Part shown: in pieces, positions 23,601 to 34,011 of the stretch
How positions within the stretch are numbered: position 1 is the first letter of the stretch
How the letters are laid out: each line of letters begins with the position of its first letter
NCBI RefSeq assembly: GCF_964188315.1
Contig: NC_135667.1
Location: forward strand, 13,454,001-13,518,000
Source of the DNA: Podarcis muralis
Taxonomy: Eukaryota
Direction of reading: 5' to 3'
DNA: 64,000 bases
Position numbers and translations under genes: made by a program
Notes under the pieces: model-generated
Database searches by the model: none
What the model saw: the letters and a program-made list of their open reading frames with translations, nothing else
Told to the model about the DNA's origin: nothing

Positions 23601-26038
23601 TGCTCACAGAGATGAGAGTAAATGTGTGAAGAGTAAGAGACAGAGCATTAGGAATAGATGAATCAATTTATAAAAAGATAGATCTCAAAATCTGTTTTCA
23701 AAGGTATATTTTTTTTCTTAACATGCTGAGAATTGTATTACAACATTCCAAGAATTCTCATAGGCATTGCATTGCTTCAATCCAGTTCATGTATTTGTCC
23801 AGAATATTTTTAATGGAATTCAAAAAGATTGAATTTAACAACAACAACAACAACAAACAATACCCCCACCTGGGTGGGTTTTCCTAGCCACTCTGGGTGG
23901 CACATTCAAAACTCTTCCTTAGGCAGCATCTAATGGGTCCACTGGCACCAAAATCAGTTCTAGAGCTGTCTACCTAGTGGACAACATACTCAAAAGTAAC
24001 AATTATAACAAAATTAACAAGGAAACTTCAAAGTGTACCTTAATGGACAGAGCAATCTTTGCAGAACAGATGGGGTACTGCACATACCAGAGCAATGTCA
24101 AGGGAATATCACATAACTTCAAAAATTACTATTACTAATACCAGAAGAAGCAATTGCTGTCTGTATAGCCATTACATATTACAGTGGTACCTCGGGTTAC
24201 AAACACTTCAGGTAAAAAACGCTTCAGCTTACAGATTCCACTAACCTGGAACTAGTACCTTTAAGGGTACTACTTTACTTTACTTCAAGATGAGAACAGA
24301 AATCTAGTGGCAGCAGTGAGAGGCCCCATTAGCTAAAGTGGTCCTCAAGTTAAGAATGGTTTCTGGTTAAGAACGGACCTCTGGAATGAATGACATTCTT
24401 AACCAGAGGTACCATTGTACTGAAATGCTGTGTCAGTTTAGTAAAGTAGAGAAAGGCCCGATTACTTAAAGGATTCCAAACTCATTGTTCTCTTGCTGAT
24501 CCTTCTGTTCTTTCATTTACGGAATAGACTCAGCCTCTTTCTGTCTGTACTAAGAGATGTATTCCAGGATCCAGCAAGAAAGTGAAGGAGGGGCAGCCAC
24601 CTTGCTGCTACGATTGCATCGCATGTGCTGAGGGGAAGATTGCAAACCAGGATGGTAGGAAAAATAAATAGATTAAATAGATCCAGACACAGTACTTAGG
24701 ATTGACAGGTGTTGTAAGGATGGCTGAGTTAAATGTTCAGAGGTGGAGATGATCTACTGTGTGTGTGATCCTGCCTCTTTGTGATCATTGCTCTTCAGAT
24801 AGTCTAAATATGCTAATCAAATGAGTATGACAATGATTTGACAGGAGCCGGGTGGTATGTGGTTCAACTTAAATCTACAAGGGGCCTTGTCACTCCTTCT
24901 GACTTACACAGACTGCACCTAGGCTAGTGTAATGATACGTTCCAATATCATGAGGAACCATTTACAGACCAATAGCTCTGAACCAATTAAATTCAACAAT
25001 ACCAGACTACAGAGCATCAGACAGTATTAAACATGTGTTTTCATTTGAACAGAGCTCTTTTCTTCTCAGACAGAGAGTCAACATTTCAGGGAGCTGATGT
25101 AATATGAGCTAAAGGTCATTTCCTTATTTTTTCCAGATATGAATGACTGTTATAAATGCCCAGACAAAGAATATCCAAGCAAAAACCAGGATACATGTCT
25201 ACCCAAGGATATCAGCTTCTTGTCTTATGAAGAACCTTTGGGCATCAGTTTAGCCTGCTTCTCTCTTTCTCTTTCCTTGATCACAGCTCTGGTACTAGGT
25301 ACATTTATGAAACACCACGACACACCCATTGTCATTGCAAACAACCGAAACCTCACCTACACTCTCCTCATCTCTCTCCTGCTCTGCTTCCTGTGTGCAT
25401 TGCTTTTCATTGGCCGACCTGAGAACATGACGTGCCTCCTCCGACAAACAGCTTTTGGCATCATCTTCTCAACTGCTGTTTCTTGTGTCCTGGCAAAAAC
25501 TTTCACGGTAGTTTTGGCCTTCATAGCTACGAAGCCAGAATCCAGGATGAGGAAATGGGTGGGGAAAGAACTAGGCCACTCCATTCTCCTTTCCTGCTCC
25601 ATAGTCCAAGTAGGCATATGTACTGTGTGGCTGTCAACCTCTCCCCCATACCCAGATGTGGACATGCACTCAATGACAGAAGAAATTATACTAGAATGCA
25701 ATGAAGGATCTGTGACAATGTTTTACTGTGTCCTCATCTACATGAGCTGCCTGGCAACTGTCAGTTTTGCTGTGGCTTTCCTCGCCAGGAAGTTACCAGA
25801 CAGTTTCAATGAAGCCAAGTTTATCACTTTCAGCATGTTGGTCTTCTGCAGTGTTTGGCTCTCCTTTATTCCCTCCTATCTGAGCACTAAAGGAAAATAT
25901 ATGGTAGCTGTGGAGATCTTCTCCATCTTAGCCTCTGGTGTTGGGTTGCTGGGCTGCATCTTTTCTCCCAAATGTTATATAATCATTCTGAGGCCTGAGC
26001 TGAACAATAGGGAACAGCTAATAAGGAAGAAAAATTAA
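17197..26038 (+). CDS. V2R gene C (type-2), intact, 875 aa: exons 17197-17414, 18695-18986, 19946-20806, 21824-22051, 24528-24654, 25137-26038
   Basis: Exon lengths 218+292+861+228+127+902 = 2628 nt = 876 codons including the stop. GT-AG at every junction and no stop codons found. Contains signal peptide, Venus flytrap exons ([25 protein letters not shown]), Cys-rich exon and 7TM exon. Confidence 0.93.
17652..17687 (+). repeat. (GT)n microsatellite in intron 1 of type-2 genes (also about 33973-34010 and 50303-50342)
   Basis: Read directly. Confidence 0.95.
18030..18600 (+). mobile_element. Old, degraded CR1 3' fragment in intron 1 of C (copy about 34360-34900 in E; partly deleted copy about 50476-50740 in G)
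   Basis: Broken peptides resembling the CR1 RT C-terminus ([18 protein letters not shown]; [14 protein letters not shown]). Confidence 0.8.
22099..23191 (+). mobile_element. LTR (22132-23191) preceded by a polypurine tract: 3' remnant of an LTR retrotransposon, in intron 4 of C
   Basis: TGTGG...CCACA termini, AATAAA at 23099-23104, PPT-like GGAAGAGAGGGGAG just before the TG. Absent from E and G. Confidence 0.7.
24182..24417. mobile_element. MITE of the same family in the opposite orientation, intron 4 of type-2 genes (copies 39434-39653, 55292-55511)
   Basis: Same TIRs and TA flanks. The interior is reverse-complementary to the 9429 copy. Confidence 0.85.
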
Positions 26039-26619
26039 AGAAATAATAACCTGTCCTTTGTTGTATCTTGTGCTTTTTTCTTTGTGTACACTAGAATATT
26101 TGCAAATACATGTTCAGCAGCTGCCTTATATGGTTTTTTCTAGACGTGGTAATTAATGATTGCCCATCATAAATATTGACTATTGAATTCACTCCGGAGA
26201 AAAGTGTGAGCAGGGGATTAACCTCTGATGCTCTGAAAAAGCTGCCTTAATGCTGTATTGTTTTTAACACTGGATTGGAAGCTGCCCAGAGTGGCTGGGG
26301 AAACTCAGCCAGTTGGGCAGGGTATAAATAGGTAAAGGTAAAGGTACCCCTTATGGAATGTTGTGGCTGTCAGCTCCCAGGAATCCAGACAAAGTTAAGT
26401 GACATGATTGGTTTGCAAAAGCCTCCCTTTTGTAATTATCTCTGAGGTGGCTATAATTTATGACTGAGAGTAGTTTTTCTCTTTGCTGGTGGAAATTTAC
26501 ATTCTGTGATTGAGCTGCTTTCTGGCTATTAATAGAAGGGAAAGGAAGTTGATCATTAATGGGCTGAAGGCAGAATAAAATGTATGCTCTAATCAAAAAT
26601 GTTTTAAACAGGCTCCCAG

Positions 26620-27448
26620 TTCCGGCTGCCTTGATGGAGACAGCTCCCACGACAATGGGAGATCGTTGGCAAAGATGAAACAAGGATGATTGAGCGCAAT
26701 TATCCTTTCAAACTCCCCCGTGAAACGGGGGAAGCAGGCTTCACTCACGGATCATCTGGGTACCTGGCTCATGCTCCAGCATGGAATGTGAGAGGCAGGG
26801 AGGCACTGAGTGCAAAAGCACTTTGCCTGTCAGTCTCCCTCCTATGACGCCATTAAGAAGCAGAGTTTCTTCTGTTCATTAGAGATTATTTGGGACTAAT
26901 GTACAGACGTGTGTGGGAAAAGATGGGATAAGATCACAAACTGCCGAATTGTAACAACTACAAGGTCGTTAAGATTTGATTTAGAAAAAAGACTTCTTTC
27001 AATGCAAACAACGGTATGTGGGGGTGGGGGGACCCTATGGATTCTTTCTATTTCTTTTGTTACATAAATGACTTGGCAAACCCACCCAGGAGAACTTGGA
27101 GATGTGCCAGGGCTTTGGCGGGGTGCCACGCTACTCCTTTTCCTAGACTGAAAAGAAATAGCAAAGAGCAGTGACGGAGCTTTGCAACTACATCCAGAGG
27201 TGTTGAAAGAAGAAGAAGAAGAGATTTCTTTAGAACGACATCAAGACCACAATGCCACAAGGCATGATGGGGATCAGGAATAACCAAGATAGGCATAACA
27301 TTTGGCAAGGACAAAAGGGAATGATTTGGTTAAAATAAATACCACACACAGGAAGAATAAAGGAGAGCTTCACTTGCGGATTCATAAATTATTAAATGTG
27401 TCAACTCGAATTGAAGTTTAAAACATTGTAGCTTTTGTATAAGGGATT
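26620..27448. other. Unclassified repeat-like segment at the junction between type-2 and type-1 units
   Basis: 26620-26854 recurs at about 41880-42111 and 57745-57979. 26855-27448 is unique in the window. Contains hairpins and no recognisable ORF. Confidence 0.35.
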
Positions 27449-27543
27449 ATGAGGCCAGAGGAACATTACCTGGCTGTTGTTTTATTGTTTCAATATGCTG
27501 TAAACCGCTTTGAGATTCTTATTAAAAATATAAAGCGGTATAG

Positions 27544-27546
27544 AAA

Positions 27547-27586
<40 letters not shown>

Positions 27587-27590
27587 AATA
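27544..27590 (+). repeat. (AAAT)n microsatellite (shorter copy about 6845-6868)
   Basis: Read directly. Confidence 0.95.
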
Positions 27591-30500
27591 AAAAGAAACC
27601 TAAGAGAAATATTGAGAAATATTGACAAATCCTCCCAATCTTAAAACACACACACAGGGAAAGAGAAATCAGTAAGGAGTTGCAAGGATTGGGGGTCAGA
27701 TTTAGCCAAAGCACAAATCCTGAACTGGACAAATTTGAATTAGTTAGAAACAGTCCCAGATTTGGTCTGGCCTGCAGGAGTGATCTGGGGCTGTTGGGGC
27801 ATGGTCTTGGTAGCTCATATATGGCTCTTCCCCAGTCATGAATAAAAAGTCTCAAGGAGTTTTCTTCCAAAAGATGTTCCCAAATGGGGACCATCAATAT
27901 AGAGGAATTATCCAGTTACTGCTGCATTTCCAGTGGACATGGATTGGAGTGGTTTCTCAAGATGGGGAAAATACAGAAGGTTTTATAGACAATGTACTTC
28001 CAATGTTTTCCCAGAGTGGCATCTGCTTTGACTTCATAGAAACATTCCCAAAGCTAACATCTTCCAGTGGTACCACTGACATGGTGTGGGAGGGCTTTCA
28101 CTGTGTCAGTGTTATTATGGGAAGCACTATGAATGTTGTGGTTGTACATGGAGAAATTCAGACGATGATGGTATTGAAAATGGTGCCCCAGATTTTAAAA
28201 TTTGAGCATATACCAATGAGGACCAAGGGTAAAATCTGGTTCCTGACAGCCCAGATGGATATCACATCATTTCCATTCCAAAGAAATTGGGACATAAGTT
28301 TCCTTCATGGTTCTCTGTCCCTTGGAATTCACTCAGTGAATCTGTTAGCTTTCCAGAAGTTCCTTCAGATCAAGAACCCAAGCACAGAAAAAGAAGATGG
28401 TTTTATCAAGGACTTCTGGGAAATGTCATTTAACTGTCCATTCCCCAGCTCTGTGACAGATAATATAGGTGGGCAAATCTGCACTGGGGGAGAGGAGATG
28501 GAGGCACTTCCTGTGTCTGTTTTTGAAATGAGAATGACAGCTCATAGCTACACCATCTACAATGCAGTCTATGCGGTGGCACATGCTTTGCACATCAGAC
28601 ATTCATCCCAATTCAAGCTCAGGGGAATGACAAAGGAAGTAAGATGGGAGCTTCCAAATCCACAACCGTGGCAGGTAATGTCCTGAAGATACTTCCATAT
28701 GTTTTGGTGGGGAACAAATGGATGAGTTTCTCAAGTTTCCATGAGTTTAACATAAACTTATTCTCAGAGAAAAACTTTACAATAAATCTAGCCTTTGTTT
28801 CCTCCCCCCCTCTGCTGCAAGTCTCTCCGTAGTTTGTTAAAGAATTTCTTACCATCCCTTCACCTGTGGACCTGTGCACTTTTGGGGGAAGGAGTTTCAT
28901 AACTTGGTGCTGCTCTGAATCTTTTGCCTTCAAAGTATGTACCATCAGTTTCAGAGCAACATGCTCTGGCACCAGCAGTGGTGAACAGTCAGAGGCGTGG
29001 CTGTTGCGGGCCACGGAGGCGTAGTGCATGTCGCAGTGTGTGTGCAATGTGTTTTGTGGGGCGTGGCGCACAGCGCACATCCCAGGGGTGTGTGGCGAGC
29101 GGTGCACGTTCCTGGGGGCGGCACAGATGGCACCTGGGGCAGCCTGCTGCCCCCGCCCCACCTTCGTCCTCAAGTGGGTACCATACCACTGAGCCAAAGC
29201 TCTTCCCAAGGTGCCTTACTGGTTAAGTATCTCCTTCTGCAGTGGTACCTCGGGTTAAGTACTTAATTCGTTCCAGAGGTCCGTTCTTAACCTGAAACTG
29301 TTCTTAACCTGAAGCACCACTTTAGCTAATGGGGCCTCCTGCTGCCGCCGCGCCGCCGGAGCAAGATTTCTGTTCTCATCCTGAAGCAAAGTTCTTAACC
29401 CGAGGCACTGTTTCTGGGTTAGCGGAGTCTGTAACCTGAAGCCTATGTAACCCGAGGTACCACTGTATTCTCATTAGCTTTGCCAATATCACAAGCAGCA
29501 ACAGCATCAGAATTGCTAATCTATAATCAATTAAAAACAGCAAATCACAATGCATAAAAGTGTTCCTGAACTCCTCTCTTTCCTGCTGCTGCTGCTGCCC
29601 TCAAAGTCATGTTCTGGGAAAGACTCCCAGGGCTGGATGGTGATAGTGCTGCAGATGTAGACAATATTCCTTGATGTTTTAAGTTTTAAGTGACCTTTTA
29701 CTTTTTCTAACTAGCTTGCAAAAAGCTTTCATGGAATCATAATCCCGTGCCTTGGTTATACTTTCACCCTGTTTATGATAACATAGTTTGAGCTTTTATA
29801 TGTATCTTCCATCTTATTTTCATTATTTAGCTCCATCAGATTCTCAAAAGTATTTCATTTAACAACAGTGCTGGAGAAAAGGTGCGTTTTGACGCAAATG
29901 GTGAATTAATTGCTGGCTTTGACATTATAAACTGGCTCATGTTTCCAAACCAGTCCTTTCTTAGAGTCAAAGTTGGGAAGATAGACTCCCTGGGTATCCA
30001 GGAAAAACCATTCACCATTCATGAGGATGTCATTGTATGGCCCAACCCATTTAACCAGGTGGGTTCTCTGAATCTTTCAGGGTTCATTCCATCACTTGTC
30101 CCATAGTTGTTTCTCAGCATTCTGTAAATTTATTGACCCAATTCAAACTATGGCTTTCAATCTGAACATTCACATTGTAGTTGAATAATAATGTGCCAAT
30201 TAATGTTCATTCTGGAGGTGGCGGGGGAGACTTTGGCAATTCTACTCACCACTGAATTCCTTGTGTTCTAACTATATGCAAAATGTATATATGTATGTAT
30301 CCCCAAAATGTAACCCTCTCATAATTTGAGTGTGGACTTCATACATATCAATGAAACAGGTGAAGACACACTTCTTCCAGGATGCTTTGACTTTTGTAAT
30401 TAAATTATTTTTGATTAAAATAATCATTTTAAGTGTTTGAGTCACACAGTTACAGTTTTGTTATATTTATAAGATTATTTAGGTTCAACATATCTTGCCT

Positions 30501-31608
30501 CTTTCCATACATAAGCTTTTAATTCCCTCTTGGTACTTCTGCCACCCTCAGAAACCTGGGGGATGGTAGTCTAGGAAAGGGAATTATCTGTGGCAGTTCC
30601 CAAAATATGTCCCCTTCCCCACAGTGGGATGTCAAACAACCTCATTTATAGTTACTATGGATTGGTGAAAATGCACCGCTTTACCCTGGCCACTGTTAAC
30701 AATTTTTGAGTCAAACCATTTCTATTGTTCGACGCACATTCCTTTGTTTTGTTTTTAAATATTTTATTGATTTTAATGACTTTTTATGTTTTGATTTAAT
30801 AACATATATATGGACTATATATGTTGCTCACTGTTTTGTTGGCCTTTGTTTGCGCTGGGCTCCCGCGGCTTGCAAGAGAGTTGCCTGTTCTGTGGGCTGG
30901 GGTCAGGGGAAGCTCGGGCTTCCCCCGCTCCAGCTCCGCGCCTGGGGGGAAAATATTTTTTCCCCTTTATTTCCCCCCCAAAAAACTAGGTGTGCCTTAT
31001 GGGACGGTGCGTCCTATAGGGCGAAAAATATGGTAAATAAACCATACCATAATATGAGCCAAGGACTCAAGTTCTAAAAGCCCACTGCATTTGTAATACT
31101 TTCTAGTGTTCGCAATATTTCCTAAAACATTATATTTTAATATTTATGGACAGACTCGGCCCATTTCTATATGTAATGATCATTGCGGTTCAGGTTATAG
31201 TCGGACCAAGAAGGAAGGGAAGCCATTTTGTTGCTATGATTGCGTTCCATGTCCAGAAGGAAAGATTTCCAACCAGGAAGGTAAGAGGTTAAAAAATGCA
31301 CACAGATTCACGCTTAAAATGAGCTGAGTAACAGCTGCAGAATCAGAAAGTGTGGAACCACCCATTCGGGTCAGCGGTTATTCTATTGAATTCCATCAAA
31401 ATACTGAAGTAGTTAACAAAGTGCACAAGTATTTGCATTATTCCACAGAAATGACATTGAGTCAGAAATGATAAAATGTGGGGGGGGGGGAGCGGTGTGG
31501 CCTTGTCTTTGTGAGCCGAGCCAACAGAGAATTTGGCAAGTCAAATAAAAAAGAGGGATATAAAGCAAAAAGACTGTGGAAGCCTTCCGACCACCTCTGA
31601 CTCTCTTT

Positions 31609-31963
31609 AAAGGTAAAGGTACCCCTGCCCGTACAGGCCAGTCTTGACAGACTCTAGGGTTGTGCGCTCATCTCACTCTATAGGCTGGGAGCCAGTGCTG
31701 TCCGCAGACACTTCCGGGTCACGTGGCCAGCGTGACATCGCTGCTCTGGTGAGCCAGCGCAGCACACGGAACACCGTTTACCTTCCCGCTAGTAAGTGGT
31801 CCCTATTTATCTACTTGCACCCGAAGGTGCTTTCGAACTGCTAGGTTGGCAGGCGCTGGGACCGAACGACAGGAGCGCACCCCGCCGCAGGGATTCGAAC
31901 CGCCGACCTCTCGATCGGCAAGTCCTAGGTGCTGAGGCTTTAACCCACAGCGCCACCTGCGTC
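31609..31963 (-). mobile_element. Sauria SINE in intron 5 of D
   Basis: (AAAGGT)n tail on the + strand, with core and head reverse-complementary to the 656-1033 copy. CTCTTT flanks both sides (partial TSD; the right side runs into the gap). Absent from B, F and H. Confidence 0.9.
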
Positions 31964-31968
31964 TCTTT

Positions 31969-32117
31969 NNNNNNNNNNNNNNNNNNNNNNNNNNNNNNNN
32001 NNNNNNNNNNNNNNNNNNNNNNNNNNNNNNNNNNNNNNNNNNNNNNNNNNNNNNNNNNNNNNNNNNNNNNNNNNNNNNNNNNNNNNNNNNNNNNNNNNNN
32101 NNNNNNNNNNNNNNNNN
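31969..32117. other. Assembly gap (N run) covering the exon-6 acceptor of D
   Basis: N characters. The paralogous position is a pyrimidine microsatellite. Confidence 1.
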
Positions 32118-33518
32118 GTTTTCAATGTCCAGAAGATCAGTATCCAAACATTGGCCAGGATAAATGTCTTCCAAAAGATAGAAGCTTCCTGTCTCACGGT
32201 GAACCTCTGGGGATCAGTTTGGTCACGGTAGCTCTTTTATTGACTTTCACTACAACTTTGGTGCTTAGGATCTTCATCAAGCACAGAGAGACTCCTATCG
32301 TGAAAGCCAACAATCGGACCCTCACCTATGTTCTCCTCATACCCCTCATTCTCTCCTTCCTTTGTCCTTTACTTTTCATTGGCCAGCCCACAAAAATAAC
32401 CTGCCTCCTTCGACAAACTGCTTTTGGAGTCATCTTCTCAGTAGCAGTGTCTTGCATCTTAGCAAAAACAACTATAGTGGTTCTAGCTTTCATGGCTACC
32501 AAGCCAGGCTCCAGAATGAGGAGATGGGTGGGGAAACATCTGGCCATCTCCATTGTTCTTTTCAGTTTCCTCATTCAAATGATGATGTGTAGTGCCTGGC
32601 TGATAGTTGCTCCCCCACTCCCTGATTTAGACAAGCACTCGGTGACTAAAGAAATTGTACTGCAATGTAATGAAGGATCAGTCACCATGTTCTACTGTGT
32701 CCTAGGCTTCATGGGAATGCTGGCCATGGTCAGTTTCACTGTGGCTTTCCTAGTTAGGAAGTTACCAGACAGTTTTAATGAAGCCAAGTTCATCACCTTC
32801 AGCAGGTTGGTCTTTTGCAGTGTGTGGCTGTCCTTTGTTCCTACCTACCTGAGTACCAAGGGAAAGTACATGGCGGCTGTGGAGATCTTTTCTATTTTGG
32901 CCTCTAGTTTTGGGTTACTGGGCTGCATCTTTTCCCCCAAATGTTATATCATTTTCGTGAGGTCAGAGTTAAACAGCAGGGGACAGTTTATCATAAGAAA
33001 GAAATAAAGCATGACCAAGTGTATTTGATGTGGCATATAATAGATGGACTAGAGCAGACCATGTAGCTCTTCTCCCTGGACTTTCCTCTTACACAGTACT
33101 GTTATTAAGGGAAGCAGTGTCTCGTGTAACCTAGACTCATAGAGCTGGAAGGGACCCCAATTCCAAGATGCGGACTAATGTTTTGGAAGCCCAATTGGTT
33201 ACAAGGTCTTCTTTAATGAGCTTCTAACTTCTAACTTCATCAATACACCACTGGTCTTTTATTATCTAATGAAAGGGTAATAAAAATAACAGTTCTGAAT
33301 AGGTGACAAACACATTTTCTTCAGCAATTCCAGAGGGAATTCTTAGTATTGGGTGAATAACTACATTCCTGCTTGATAATTAACAGGGCTATAATTTGAG
33401 TCTGATTTTGGATACTCCCAGATTGCGTCGTTTTGGGAAAATAAACTACCATTTAAACAAGACAATTTTAACTCAGAAAAGGTGGTTTCTGCATAGAACA
33501 GTTGCCTTTGTATTGAGA

Positions 33519-33970
33519 ATGGTGGTTTTAGTGGTCTTGCTTCTGGAACTGTTTTCATACAAAGTATGTCAGGCTCATATAGCAGAATGCAGGCTTCAAG
33601 ATCCACACCGTCCACTTCACATGTATCATCAGCCAGGAGAGTTCCTCATTGGTGGCATTGTTTCCCATGGTGGTTTCATCTCCTCTCCAGCAACATTCAC
33701 TGAGGAACCCCCACCAGCACTGCCTGAAGAGCTTGTGTAAGAACTAAGTCAGTCATTCATTACAGTATAGGAATGATCAAACCAAGAGTTTCAGCCTCAG
33801 AATATTGACTGAAGCTGCAAACTTCTACCCATTGACCTAGGAATAACCACTTTTCATTTCAGTGGGGCATAAGCTGATGTAAAATCCATAAGAATCTCGT
33901 GTGAATTAAAAGAATACTGTAGAAGCTCCCATTTCTCAATAGGGAAATGAATATACCGATAAATGTATTG

Positions 33971-34011
<41 letters not shown>

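Larger units (their letters stand above)
27814..33007 (+). pseudogene. V2R unit D (type-1), 5'-truncated: exons 1-2 absent; exon 3 27814-28674, exon 4 29831-30058, exon 5 31154-31280, exon 6 from within the N gap to 33007
   Basis: Homology to gene B starts in intron 2 (27449 matches 6749). The remaining exons are open. The exon-6 acceptor lies in the gap. FITFSML is changed to FITFSRL. Confidence 0.85.

Noticed and set aside
25357-25704. Antisense and alternate-frame ORFs over exon 6 (repeated in each copy)
   Set aside because: Shadows of the 7TM coding sequence. Their recurrence reflects duplication, not independent function.
17197-26038. Identity as CaSR, mGluR, T1R or GPRC6A
   Set aside because: Tandem multi-copy arrangement, exon sizes and motifs fit V2R. 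No specific orthologue symbol can be assigned by eye.
31796-33007. 403-aa ORF
   Set aside because: Artefact joining SINE sequence, N gap and exon 6.
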